Below, in pieces: positions 38,136 to 52,236 of a stretch of DNA of 64,000 nucleotides (the first letter of the stretch is position 1; each line of letters opens with the position of its first letter). The notes below the pieces were generated by a model. The model saw only the letters and a program-made list of their open reading frames with translations, made no database searches and had not been told where the DNA came from. Position numbers and translations under genes: made by a program. The DNA is from Mobula hypostoma (taxonomy: Eukaryota), in NCBI RefSeq assembly GCF_963921235.1, contig NC_086097.1:217808001-217872000 (forward strand). The letters run 5' to 3'.

Positions 38136-39746
38136 CAGTGGCATGCAAAAGTTTGGGCACCCCAGTCAAAATTTCTGTTACTGTAAATAGCCAAGCGAGT
38201 AAAAGATGACCTGATTTCCAAAAGGCATAAAGTTAAAGATGACACATTTCTTTAATATTTTAAGCAAGATTACTATTTTTTTATTTCCATCTTTTACAGT
38301 TTCAAAATAACAAAAAAGGAAAAGGGCCTGAAGCAAAAGTTTGGGCACCCTGCATGGTCAGTACTTCGTAACACCCCCTTTAGCAAGTATCACAGCTTGT
38401 AAACGCTTTCTGTAGCCAGCTAAGAGTTCTTCAATTCTTGTTTGGGGGATTTTCGCCCATTCTTCCTTGCAAAAGGCTTCTAGTTCTGTGAGATTCTTGG
38501 GCCGTCTTGCATGCACTGCTCTTTTGAGGTCTATCCACAGATTTTTGATGATATTTAGGTCGGGGCACTGTGAAGGCCATGGCAAAACCTTCAGCTTGCA
38601 CCTCTTGAGGTAGTCCATTGTGGATTTTGAGGTGTGTTTAGGATCATTATCCTGTTGTAGAAGCCATCCTCTTTTCATCTTCAGCTTTTTTTTTTACAGA
38701 CAGTGTGATGTTTGCTTCCAGAATTTGCTGGTATTTAATTGAATTCATTCTTCCCTATATCAGTGAAATGTTTCCCGTGCCACTGGCTGCAACACAAGCC
38801 CAAAGCATGATCGATCCACCCCCATTGCTTAACAATTCGAGAGGTGTTATTTTCATGAAATTCTGCACCCTTTTTTCTCCTAACATACCTTTACTCATTG
38901 CAGCCAAAACGTTCTATTTTAACTTCATCAGTCCACAGGACTTGTTTCCAAAACCAATCAGACTTGTTTAGATGTTCCTTTGCAAACTTCTGAAGCTGAA
39001 TTTTGTGGTGAGGATGCAGGAAAGGTTTTCTTCTGATGACTCTTCCATGAAGGTCATATTTGTGCAGGTGTCACTGCACAGTAGAACAGTGCACCACCAT
39101 TCCAGAGTCTGCTAAATCTTCCTGAAGGTCTTTTGCAGTCAATCGGGGGTTTTGATTTGCCTTTCTAGCAATCCTACAAGCAGTTCTCTTGGAAAGTATT
39201 CTTGGCCTTCCAGACTTCAACTTGACCTCCACCGTTCCTGTTAACTGCCATTTCTTAATTACATTACGAACTGAGGAAACGGCTACCTGAAAACAGTTTG
39301 CTATCTTCTTATAGCCTTCTCCTGCTTTGTGGGCATCATTTATTTTAATTTTCAGAGTGCTAGGCTGCTGATTGTTGGGACAAGGTTTGAGGAGTCAGGG
39401 TATTTATAAAGCTTTGAAATTTGCATCACCTGGCCTTTCCTAATGATGACTGTGAACAAGCCATAGCCCTAACAAGCTGATTAAGGTCTGAGACCTTGGT
39501 AAAAGATATCTGAGAGCTCAAATCTCTTGGAGTACCCAAACTTTTGCATGGTGCTCCCTTCCTTCCCCCCCCCACTCTAAAATTGTACAAAACAAAAATA
39601 ACACACTAATCTTATTTAAAATGTTGAAAAGAATGTTTCATCTTTAACTTTATGACTTTTGAAGATCAGTTCATCTTCTACTCACTTAACTATTCACAGT
39701 AACAGAAATTTTGACCAGGGGTGCCCTAACTTTTTGCATGTCACTG
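38136..39746 (-). mobile_element. Tc1/mariner transposon, IR/DR type, near full length, defective transposase
   Basis: TA|cagtggcatgcaaaagtttgggcacccc ... ggggtgccctaactttttgcatgtcactg|TA; inner DRs at about 38333 and 39530; WTDEVKIE, QQDNDPKH and WPSQCPDLNII motifs; frameshifts. Confidence 0.96.
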
Positions 39747-40074
39747 TAAAAGGCGTGCATCTTGGGTTCAGTAATTGAAAACCTGAAGCAGAAATTATGG
39801 AGCTGTTAACACGCAATCTAAACTATGAAAGGGATATATGATTGAAGATAAAGTCCTGTACCGAACAAATGCCAATGTTGCAAAGGGTCTGCCTCAACTT
39901 CATGCTGGTTTCTTGGGGTGGAAAAAGAAGCAAAGGAACTGACTTTGGGTGAAGACCAAAGAATGGCTTCAGACTCTCTCAGGACAATTTTTATAAAGGG
40001 TGATGTTCCAGAGAGAGAAGGCCCATTTTGACCCTCACTACTGTAACTGCTGGTGCTAATGGCCCTTTTCTATT

Positions 40075-40535
40075 GGAATCTGTTTCTGTGGCACCACGCT
40101 TTTCCCTTTATTAGGGTGGAGGGAGGGAGGGGAGGGGGAGGGGGAGGGAGAGGGGGAGAGGGGGAGAGGGAGAGGGGGGGAGAGAGAGAGAGAGAGAGAC
40201 TGACTGACTGTGGCATGTCGAAATGTCGGGTGAACGATTAGTTTGAGCTGTACTATGGATCATGATCTTTATTGGGGGTTTCATTACTGCTTGCTTGGTG
40301 GGTGGATGGATGATGCTGTTGCTTTTCTGCATAATTGGGTGGGTGTGGGGGAAGGTCATTGCTTTGCTGCTGTTTGTGTGTGGGGGGGAGTAGGGGTGGC
40401 TTCAGGGTTCAACTGTTTTCACTATCATTCATTCTTTGGGGCACTTTTCTGTTTTTGTGGATGTCTGCAAAGAAAAAGAATTTTAGGGTGTATATTGTAT
40501 ACATTTCTGATATTGAATGGAACTATTAAACTATT
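40075..40535 (+). repeat. Repeat with G/GA-rich low-complexity tract and LINE-like 3' tail
   Basis: (ggga)/(ga)n at 40113-40200; ends gaactattaaactatt. Confidence 0.5.
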
Positions 40536-40902
40536 GTAGCCGCTTGCCAGTCTCCTGACCATTGAATCTGCAGACTGATGTCCCTACTGGTAACCCAAGC
40601 ATCTTCTAAACCAGCTCTCACATTGATAATGTCCCAATTCCAAAATATTTATTCCAGCTTTAAATTCCATCCATGGCCTCATTCGCTCCACCTACACCTA
40701 CAGAATCACTGTGCCTCCACCAGTTTACTCTGCTACATTGTCCAGTCCTACATGGTTTGTAGTTCTCCAGGCTTCTCCAATTGTGTGCTCTTATAAATTC
40801 CCTAAATTAATTATTTCACCTCCAACTTCAGTGCCTTAGATCAATGCACTGGGAGCCTTGCATGAGTAAACACAGGTGCTGAAAAACATAAATGATTGAA
40901 TT

Positions 40903-41340
40903 ATAAGAACATAAGAAATAGGAGCACGAGTAGGCCATCAGGCTCGTCAAGTCTGCTCCGCCATTCAATAAGATCATGGCTGATCTGTCTGTAAACTCAG
41001 CTCCCTCTACCTGTCTTTTCCCCAAAACCCCTAATCCCCCTACTATGCAAAAATCTATCCAACATTGTCTTAAATGTATTTACTAAGGTAGCCTCCACTG
41101 TTTCATTCGGCAGAGAATTCTACAGATTCACCACTCTCTGCGAAAAGCAGTTCCTCCTCATCTCCATCCTAAATCTACTCTGCTAAATCTTGAGGCTATG
41201 TCCCCTAGTTCTGGTCTCACTTACCAGTGGAAACAACATTGCTGCCTCTATTTTATCTACCCCTTTCATGATTTTGTGTGTTTCTACAAGATCTCCTCTC
41301 CTTCTTCTGAATTCCAGTGAGTACAGTCCCAGGCGATTAA
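40903..41340 (-). mobile_element. CR1 3' fragment
   Basis: ataagaacataagaaatagg tail; same subfamily as 56700-57440 in the opposite orientation. Confidence 0.85.
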
Positions 41341-43407
41341 ATTCTGTGCACAGTCCTGTAGTTTCTTATGTTTGCACTGACACAAAGTGAATATCAATTA
41401 TGACTAGAAGATATTAAAAATGTTAACCATTTTCCATTGATACATGCAAAGCACCATAGCTTCATCAGTCCTCCCACTAATCTCTAACCTAATTCTTCTA
41501 ATATTTTGCCTTCCTGAACCCACCTTCCTCAGCCCTCTCAATCTCTGCTTTCCCCATCCTGAAAGTCTAGAAACACAGAATCTCAAAAATATTATAAATC
41601 ATGTAAACACACTAAGTTGTAAAGATCAAATAGAAATGTCACCCACTGTTGATATTTTCAATCTACCAATGATATAGCAAACAATGCATGAGAAATTAAT
41701 ACAATGTTACTGAATTCCCTTTGCTATCATTATTTCTTATTTAAATGCTTCATTAACCTACATTTGGAAAAATTTCAAGTTATGATTGCAATTTAAGTGA
41801 ATGGAATTATGTTCCTCTGTTATTGGTTATTCTAAAATTGCATAACTTAGATATTTATTTGTTCTAAATCAGTTATGCCATTCAATTCTTTACAAGCACA
41901 GGCATGGGAGAAAATGTTATGATTCAAATCTTACTTATTACTTGCTTTTGTCATAAAGGGTAACAGGATGCTTTGCACCATCCATAAATGCATTCAGCAT
42001 AGGCATTAGGATGTAACTATAATGTATGATATTGGGGTATATACTACAAAAACAAGAATTACCATTCTAATCTTCTGTTTTAACAAATTCATAATGAATG
42101 GTTTGCTTTTAAAATGGATGTGCCGAGGGGATTACTATTAGCACTCTGCTCTTTTTGTACATTCATGGACTTAGAAACCATGATTTAAGAGTCTTGAATA
42201 TGTATCAGTTAGAAAGGAGAGTGGCAGCAGACTGCAAGTTGGCGTGCATAAATTGCAGACATTAGTGGGTGTCTGGCAAATTAAATTCAATGCAAAAAAG
42301 ATTGAAGTGATGTATTTGGAAGTATAGGCTTAGGAGAAACAATGTTATTATTTATTTTAGAACAAAATTTTAAGGAATGTTGAATTAAAATGTTGACATT
42401 TTGTAAGAGGTAGAGAGGAATTAATTTTTTTCTGCTTGAATTGGATACAGATTTAATGTAAAACTGATAATCCACTGTCTTACAGTTTGGAAATCCTAAT
42501 GGTTTAGCATCTTAGAATCAGAACTAGAATCAGGTTTAAGACTACTGGCACGTCATGAAATTTGTTGTTTTGCAGCAGTACATTGTAATGCACAACTATA
42601 AATTACAATAAATATACTATGTAAAAATTAAATCAATAATGCAAAGAGAAAAAAATTGGTTAAAAGGGCCCCCCATTCTGACTCAACAGGCTCATTACCC
42701 ATTCTCTTTTTAAATTCACCTGGTTCTACTTCCCATACTCCCTTGAAAGTCACTGGGTTCACAGAAAAATGTACACAGTATAAAGTCAATTAAAATTGTG
42801 TTGGGCTATTAATTGAAATAACAGCCAATAATTCTGAAAATCTATCAATCCAGCACCACCAAAGTCATGAGCAGACTAATTTAACAGGGTTTTACTATTT
42901 TTGGCAAGGTACCAGCGGAGCAAATCTTTGGTGTATAAGTTTTCTGCTTGGAATGCAACCACTGTAAAAATACAACAGATTTAATATTGAATTTCAAGTG
43001 GGAATGGTGTATGTAACAAAGAGTGAAAAGAATGTACTGTGAAATAAGCAACAATTGAGTGAGAATAACTAAATAGTATTCAGAGACAACACCTGCATAG
43101 TGGAAAAATGGCATCCTTCCATATTTTACTGAAAAGACCACACCGATTGTTGGTTCAAAGATTCCTTTCCTACACAAGCACTACTGCTGTAGCTTGCACA
43201 ATGGTGTGTGAAGAATGGCTGCTGTAGTACTATGAGAAGGAAGGGTAGCATGCTCCAAAATTCACTTAGAAGCCAATAAAAGATTTAGTATCAAGTTTGA
43301 GCAGTCAGCAGAGCAAGCAGTGAGGTTCCAAAGTGTTGTGTCTAACTGAGAATGTTTAGTAGTTAGAATAACTTATATCAGAAAGTAGTTATACTGTTTA
43401 TGATATT

Positions 43408-43690
43408 GGGCTTCAATAGCATAGTGGTTAGCAAAACACTATTGCAGCTCAGGCATCGGAGTTCTGAGTTCAATTCCAGTGTTGTCTGTAAAGAGTTTGT
43501 GTGTTTTCCCTGTGACCCTGTGGGTTTCCTCTGGGAGCTCATGCTTCCTCCCACAGTCCAAAGAGAAACCCATTAATTGGTTATTGTAAATTGTCCTGTG
43601 ATTACGCTGGTGTTAAATAGGTGGGTTGCTGGGAAGTGCGGTTCATTGGACTGGAAGGGCCTATTCTGTATCTTTAAATTAATAAAATAT
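43408..43690 (+). mobile_element. V-SINE (tRNA head plus V domain)
   Basis: A box tagcatagtgg, B box gagttcaattcc, V domain gtgggtttcctctggg...cttcctcccacagtccaaaga, AT-rich tail. Confidence 0.8.
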
Positions 43691-44328
43691 TGCCAAATAT
43701 CTGTAAGGCAACAGTGGCTATAATCAGTATCCTTAGCATTTTAAGTTAATTTTATTTTTACAAATGACCACAATCAATGAAGCTTTCACAGTGCCACAAA
43801 AATAGAATTCAGATGATTTAAAAAATGTGGCAAGAAAACAGTGACCTCTGAAATAGACCATTTAGAAATCCCCTTCCTGTAAGGATATTCTTCCTTCTTT
43901 GTGCACAGTTTTGCAAAAACAAAACTTGAGAGTGTAATTAATCAAAAAATACCTTTTCAACAGGCAGATTCTGTCAATCATTTAATGTGCTTGTTGAAAC
44001 ATGTTTTTACATCTAAAGGAAAGAAAAGTTTACATAAGGCCTTGAAACTACTGTGAATCAGTTTTGTAATTTAAGCACTAAGGTCACTATATTATTAAAA
44101 GTGAAGACAGCCATCTACATCATTAATCTCAGTTACCACCAAGGTAATTCTGCGACATCCATTCAACTTTCTAAAAATAACATTTAGCATTCATGATGTT
44201 AGTGTTCTACAAGTACTAACCTTTTTCTAAAGGAAATGAAGTAAACATTGACTAATTGAAAACACACTTGGCTGTTCCATGGTGGTTTAAATGGGATGGA
44301 ATGAAATAAAATGTACTAAAGTACATTA

Positions 44329-44647
44329 GGGACGACACAGTAGCATAGCGATTAACAGAACACTTTATAGTGCCAGCGATCACCAATCTGGGTTCAATTT
44401 TCACTGCAGTCTGTAAGTTCTCTGTGACTGCATGGGTTTTCCAGCTGCTCCAGTTTCCTCCCACATTGCAAAGACATGGGGGTTAGGTTTTGTAAATGTG
44501 GGCATGCTATGTTGGTGGCACTTGTGGGCTGCCCCCAGCACAATCCTCTGACTGTTGGTCATTGATGTAAACAGTGCTTTTCACTGTATGTTTCAAAGTA
44601 CATACTATATAAAAATAAAGCTAATCTTTTAAGATCTTTATCTTTAC
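44329..44647 (+). mobile_element. V-SINE with LINE-derived tail
   Basis: tagcatagcg A box, gggttcaatt B box, ctccagtttcctcccaca V domain, aataaagctaatctt(tatctt) tail. Confidence 0.75.
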
Positions 44648-45322
44648 GTACAGACTAATGCATAAAGACAATTGAAACAAAGATTTATTTTCTGCTTTAA
44701 TATAATTGTTTTGCAATGCAAACAGGAAAACAGTTTTAGGCTAAATAATACCTTTCCTGTTTCAGAGATAATTTCACCTAATTGTTTTCTTCACCATTTC
44801 TCTCAAACCCTTTTTCCAGAGGGAGGGAATAAAATAACTTTTATTTTGTTAGATGTGACTAATTTTTCAAAAAAAATTAAGGAATGTGCAATCACTTTGA
44901 TCCAATGAACTCACATTGATGCCTCACCTGTAGGTTGCCTATAGGGAAAAGAAAACGTAGCAACAGGAAACAGATAAGCCTTTAATGTCTGTGTGACTGG
45001 TCTCACAGAGATCTAGGATTATTGGACCTGTTCACTGGATCTCTATGTTTAACTCAGCAAACTTTCATTTTCAATCATTTATTCAATTCTCATTTGAAAA
45101 GTATGTTGAAATCCATTTCCACCATCTTTTCAATCAGTGCACTTCAGACTGCAATGAGAAACTCAGTAACAAACCAGCCTGGAGCCAAATTTGTTTGTAT
45201 TGATATTACTCAAAAGCAAATCAGCTGTCTGGAAGAAACTTGCAAAATGCCAAATATAGTATGTGACTGGGATGCTGCTCCTAGAAAGAGAACACAGGCC
45301 CACGGAAGCAATAAAAGTATCA

Positions 45323-45468
45323 TTTATTAACTCTACATCAAGGAGGTGTGAAGATTTCAGTGAGTGAATTGTAAAACAGCATATGTTTCAGCACTAAGAA
45401 TCTTTGAAGTAATTAAAATAAAAAACAAAATGAAAGTGCAATCTCTGGTAATATTAGTATCATTTAAT
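45323..45468 (-). terminator. Candidate COPS5 polyadenylation signals
   Basis: Minus-strand ATTAAA at 45468..45463 and AATAAA at 45328..45323, about 320 and 460 nt past the stop. Confidence 0.4.
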
Positions 45469-45783
45469 AACATGAATAACACACTTCATTTGTCTTAGAG
45501 AAACTCCATCAATATATTCCAACCGCACCCACCCGCCCTATTTTGGACTACACTGTATTTTGCCATAACAGCTGCCATTTTACAAAATTTTGACAATATT
45601 AGTTAAAATTACTAGTCAGGCTAATGAAAGCTAAGAAAACAGCCTATAGTTTGTAAAGTAATACATTAGGTCTCCAATGTCTTGGAGAACCAATTATAGA
45701 TACTGTCTATTTAAAGAATTTGGAGTATCTTTAAGCATTACAAGAACATTCCACTAAAGCTTTCTTTGATGGGTTTCAGTACT

Positions 45784-45948
<165 letters not shown>

Positions 45949-46285
45949 TCATAGAAGAAGCCAGTATTGGCTAAGGACTTCACAGACAGGTAAAAAGACA
46001 GAGCAATCACATCCTACCAAGAAAATGTGGGTTTGAATAACCATTACTGCAAAATAGTTTCTACATTATTGTCTTTTCCTTTTTCCTTCTACTGACTTCC
46101 CTAACAAAATCAAAGTTTACACTTGTAACTTAATATGTACACTAGTATTCAAATGCCCTCCCACTCCCAAAAGAGGGAGTACATTTTAATTCTGCAGTTT
46201 TAATCACAGACTTGTGGAACAAAATATTAAGTTATACACAAGCTGAAAATACAAATGGTTTGGTGGGTTTAGATGCAGGATATTA

Positions 46286-46474
<189 letters not shown>

Positions 46475-46604
46475 CTAAAATACAACAGGCAAAGAGACTG
46501 AAATGATTCACTATACCAATCAATGTAGAAATGATCAATTTGTAAGTTCTCCTTGTAGAAATTGCATAAATGTTTATAAGAAATAACCATATAAATGAAT
46601 AATC

Positions 46605-46858
46605 AACACATAGAAAATGCTGGAGGAATGAGGCAAGTCAGGCATTGTCTACGGAGGAAAATGAACAGTCGACATTTCAGGCTGAGACCCTTCGTCAGGA
46701 CTAGAAAGGAAGGGTGCAGAGCCAGAATTTATAAAAAAAAAGATTCAGGGCAGGGGAAGACGGAACAGCAGGAGATGGCAGGTGATAGATGAGTTCTGCT
46801 GAGTTCCTCCAGCATTCTGTGTGCGTTGATCTAGTTTTCCAGCTTCTACAGTCTCTCC
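46605..46858. mobile_element. Penelope-like termini in inverted arrangement, with the best-preserved hammerhead motif
   Basis: caacacatagaaaatgctggaggaa ... ttcctccagcattctgtgtgcgttg; minus strand AGTC CTGACGA AGG..CCT GAAA TGTC GACT. Confidence 0.8.
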
Positions 46859-47969
46859 AATTTTGTATGAATTAATGACTTCAAAATGAGGAGCGCATAG
46901 TAGAAGTACCCCACATCGTTCAAGTATCCCACATCCTTTCATTATGATGTACACCTTTCATCTTGATTTTTGCAAGCAACACTAATAATATAAAAAATAA
47001 CATTCAATGAATGGTATTCTTAATGAACATCCAATAATACTAAAAATTCCAAATCTCTTCAGGATAAGTAAAATTCATTTCACAAATTAGACATAGCAAC
47101 AATGAGGAAACAACAATACATTTATTGACAGGATGGTCCACAACATGGAGATGAAGATGGAAGTCATTCCCAAGCCTGTTCCTCAGGGGTAGAGATTGGG
47201 AAGTGTTTTCAGAGAAGCCTAGGTACACAATAGTTGCTATATACATTCTAAATATGGTATACATTGCATTTATGGTGCACTGATAGTGAAGGAATGAGTA
47301 TATAATGCAGTAGATGTGGTGCCAATCAACAAAGCTGCTTTCTTTTAGTGTCTAGCTCATTGAGTATTGTTGCCGCCACAGTCATCCAGGTGAGAAGATT
47401 ATTCTGTCAACATTCTGACTTGTGCTCTGTTGTAGGTGAATGCACTTTTGGATGTCACTTGCCCTTGGATACCCAGTTCTTACAGCTGCAAGATTTATAT
47501 ATTTACATGGCTGGTCAATGCTGAACCTTAAGACCTTGATAGCAGGATACTTGGTGATGAGAATATTACTAAGTGTCAAGAATAGGTGGTTAAACTCTAG
47601 ATTGTTGGAAATCAAAATCTTGCTATTTTGTGGCACAGATGTTACTTGTCACACATCAATTACCCAGCTTTCACTTGGCGCAGTTCTGCTTCTTTTGCTG
47701 AGAAGTTTTCAATATTCCCATTTCTAACCTAGTGATCATTGGAAGGTCAGTGATGAAGCCTGGGATACTGCCTGACGGAACCTTTACATTGATATCTTGG
47801 GGCTCGGATGACTGACTCCAACACAGAACCATCATTTCTGGAGGCAGGAATTCAGCCACTGGAGTGTTTTCCCCTTGATGCCCAATTTCATGGGCAATCA
47901 CTATCACTTTGCCTCAGGGAAGCAGGTTACTAGTGAGTAAGCAATGCTTGATATCACTGCAGATGAAAC

Positions 47970-49490
47970 TTTAGTTAGTTAGGGCTTTACTGTCATTGCT
48001 CAGGACAACAAAACTGCAATGCTACTCTAGTCAGTGCAAAACAGCATACTGGCAATTCATTTACTAAAAACACAATGACTAAATTTAAAATAATCTCCAA
48101 GTTATTTAGAATGACATCTAAGTTACAACCGAATTAAAAACAAACAACTCTAAAATTAAAAGAAACAGTGGCTGTCCCATTGAAGTACTGCACATGCCCA
48201 TGTTATAAAATACAATAATTAAATATAAAATAGCATCAAGAATTAAAGCTGAAATTATAAAAAAACAAAGCTCTGAAATCAAAGGAAGGTAGTTGCCCCA
48301 TTTAAACCTAAATATTGCATATGCTCACATATTGCACTTAAGAGATTGTCAGTAGTGCCTATGGACTATGGGCAAGTGGGGGGAGGCATTGTTTAGGTGC
48401 ATGATAGCTCTGGGAGGAAAAAAGCTGTTTTTCCAGTCTGGACGTGCATGCAGTGATATTTCTGCATCTTCTGCCCGAAGGTAGGAAATTGAACAGGTGA
48501 TTACTGGGTTGGGTTGAGTCCATCACGATGTGGCGAGCCCACCACCGACAGCGCAAGTGTAGATCAGGGATCCCAACCTGGGGTCCAAGACCCTTTGCTT
48601 AATGGTATTAGTCCAAGGGATAAAAAAGGTTGGGGACCCCTCGTGCAGATCATTTCCATATCTAGTAGTAGTGTTCCAATGATGTTCTGTGCTGTCCTGA
48701 TGACTCGTTGAAGTGCTTTCTGGTTGATCTTGTTGCAGCTATGTATACCATTATGTCATGCAGTAGATCAGCATGCTCTCAATGGCACATCAATAAAAGT
48801 TGACCAGCGGCTTTTGGGGCAGATTTGCTCTCTTTAAACTCCTAAGATAGTACAGGTGCTGCTGAGCCATCCGTACTATCAAGGAAGTGTTTGGAGGTCC
48901 AAGAGAACTCCTCTGTAATATTCACTCCCAAGAACTTAAAGCTGGAAACCCTTTCCACTGCTTCACCATTTATTATTAGTGGAGCTTGTTCACATCTTCT
49001 TGATAATCATTTCTTTTTTTTTTGCTGTTGAGTGGAAGGTTACGGTTATTGTTAAGGTTAAGGTTATTGCACCAGACAGTTTCTGCATCTCCTCCCTGTA
49101 TGCTTTTTCATTGTTAATTGTAATTAATCCAGTCACTCAGATTTGATGATGGATTTGGTGGTATAGGCTGGGGCACAATCAGGGGTGAAAAGGATGTGAA
49201 GCAGTGGGCTTAGTACACATCCTTGTGGTGCACCAGTGTCAAGCTCAGGGAGGTTGATGTGACTGTCGAAGTGCAATTGGTAAGAAAGTCCAGAATCCAG
49301 TTGCAAGTTGATGTATTGAGTCCCAGGTTGCATAGTTTAATGGTCAACTTGTTGGGGAGTATGGTGTTGAAGGTAGAACGGTAGTCAATAAAAAGTGTTC
49401 TGGCATAGGTGTCCTTATGCTCCAGGTTTTCCAATACAATGTGGAGAGTCATGGAGAAAGCATCCTTAATTGATCTGTTTGTCTTATATA
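47970..49490 (-). mobile_element. Rex1/Babar-type LINE fragment
   Basis: [37 protein letters not shown]; 3' ORF 48359..48556. Confidence 0.8.
48565..48642. mobile_element. 78-bp hAT (Charlie-like) mini-MITE
   Basis: cagggatcccaacct ... aggttggggacccctc TIRs; 8-bp TSD gtgtagat / gtgcagat. Confidence 0.8.
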
Positions 49491-50054
49491 TAGTGAAATG
49501 AACTGAATTAGCTGAAGACTGGATTCTACAGTGGTGGAAATCTTGGGAAAAAGCAAAGATGGATCATCTATGACCTTTCTAGTAGAAGATGGATGTGACT
49601 TCTTCACCACCCTCTCCTTGCATCACTGACCCTTCTTCAAACCACCTCAAAAAAAAATCATGCCTTTTTAAATGATTTTAAAATGACCCTCTAAATTACT
49701 TTTGGATAACTGCTCACATTGATATTAGGTCAACAAGTCTATAGTTACTTTGTTCATTCCTTCAATCTTACTAACAACTGCCCTAGCCAGTGCAGATTGA
49801 AATATTGTCAGAGGTTTTCCACGCCTCTCTTGACAGTTTAGATAATATTCCAGTGCACATTTGACCTCTCCTGGAGAAATGACTCAGTATTGCAAATACA
49901 TATATGAATTCTGTAATTTAGTCTATTTTAATGTGTAACTTAACACTGAAATCTTACATTACAGTGGAAGTTACTGAGGTTTTCATTGAGGCAAAGGGAA
50001 AAAAAGTGTTGGGGGGGCGAGGAAGTAAGAAAGGCAATTACTGTCTAATTAATA

Positions 50055-50575
50055 CATGTTAGTCCATGGCCTCCTCTACCGCCACAATAAGGTAACACTC
50101 AGACTGGAGGAGCAACACTTCATATTCTATCTGGGTAGCCTCCAACCTGATGGCATGAACACTGATTTCTTGAACTTCCAGTAATTACCCCCCCCCTCAC
50201 AATTTCCCATTCTTGTTTCCCTCTCACACCTCCTCTTACCTGCCATCACCTCCTTTCCTTTCCTCCATGGTCTCTGTCCTCTATCAGATTCCCCCTTCTC
50301 CAGCCCTTTATCACTTACACGAACCAAACTCTCAGCTCTTTACTTCAGCCCCACTCTCCCAGTTTCACATAATCACCTGTCATCTTGGACTTCTTTCTCC
50401 TCCTCTCCCTGCCTTCTTATTTTGACCTCTTACCCCTTTCTTTCCAGTCCTGATGAAGCGCTTCAGCCTGAAACATTGACTGTTTATTTCCATTCATAGA
50501 TGATGCCTGACCTGCTGAGCTCCTCCAGCACATTGTGTGTATTGCTTTAGATTTCCAGTATCTGTAGTACCTCTT
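50055..50575 (+). mobile_element. Penelope-like 3' fragment with hammerhead motif
   Basis: LRLEEQ.FIFYLGSLQPDGMN; cagtcCTGATGAagcgcttcagcctGAAAcattgactg at 50445-50482. Confidence 0.82.
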
Positions 50576-51153
50576 ATCTATGAATTACCAGCTGATATTT
50601 ATCTTCTTCAACTCTTACCTCCGTATTAACCAATTTGAAGTGATTGTGTGCAAGGTAAATTACTGCTTTATGCCATTGCTTTCCCTTAAGATTATTCATA
50701 ACTCAAAAAGTAAAACAAAAAACTGAGAAATTGTTAGTAATGCTTTCCCCAGTATTCCTTTCCAACCCCATTGCCCTACACAAAGTATGGATTTTGTCTA
50801 AACCAAACCTATAGGTACAACAGCTTCAGCTTTCTGCAAAGAAACTGATCTAATTGGGACACAGGAATAAACTTGTAATGATTTTCACTCCTACCCCAAA
50901 ACTGAGTTGAAACCTACTTCAATTTCTGGTAGTACTCATACTATGAACTTGGTTTCGGGCACAAAGCAAAACAACACTGTTCCAGTTTTTGTATGCAGTA
51001 TGTGCATGCCATGTCCAAGTTGCATTTAGGCCAAAAAGTAATCTATAGATAAACAAGATTTTTGAAAGCGGTGAAGCTAGGAAATATTATACTGTTAAAG
51101 GAGAATATATTTTCACACTAGTTTTGCCACAATTTCAAAAATGAATCAGGTCA

Positions 51154-51393
<240 letters not shown>

Positions 51394-52150
51394 TCAGTTT
51401 CATAATTAGGAGATAGGAATTTATAATGGTTAACTACTGACATAAATATGAGAAGTAATAAGGTTTTGAAGTGTGAGCACATAGATTAATGATAAAAATC
51501 TTACATCACCTTATTCTTTCCTTATAAATTACCATGTTCACTTTTATAATTTAAATGGTTACACAATGGTATCCAAAGCTGTAGTATCTCATAGCTCCAG
51601 ATACTCAATCTGTATTTAAGGGCCATTTGTAAATCCAATCAATTTTGGTTCCCAAATTTCCAATGTTTTACCATTTAACTATTTTAAACAAATCCAAGTA
51701 TATTATAAAAATGAAACTCAAATTCTAAAATGTGAAGATTTTTATGATTTACTTAGTTATTTCCTTGAGATTATGTTCCACTGAAGATATTTAAACTTAA
51801 GAACCAGAAAGCAAAATAAAAATGTTATTCTACTCCTAAAAAAATCCAGAGTCCTGGTGTCATTTCCATGCACAGATCAACATATCCTCTTACTCAATAT
51901 AACTGATACAAATGATTCTCCCAGGAATGGCTATGTAAGAGACACTTTTCAAGAGCAATTAGAGATGGGCAATAAATGGAGCTGCAAGTCTCAAAGAAAT
52001 TAATTTTTAAAAATGTACTCTGCAGGACCTTAGCTACAGTGAGTCAGATTAAAACATAATACTTTTAAAGGAAATGAGAGTCAAATAAATTCAACATATT
52101 GTTGAGAAACAAATGCACTGATGACAAACACTTCACAGGGTGTTACTTAC

Positions 52151-52236
52151 TGTTTGCAGTGTACACCAAAATCCTCTATTTTGTTAAGTGGAATAGTCTG
52201 ATATTCTGAAGGACCCTCATCAGGTGGTTTATAACC
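52151..52236 (-). CDS. COPS5: COPS5 exon (about exon 5)
   Basis: 86 nt, cag|...|gtaagt; [28 protein letters not shown](Q). Confidence 0.97.
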
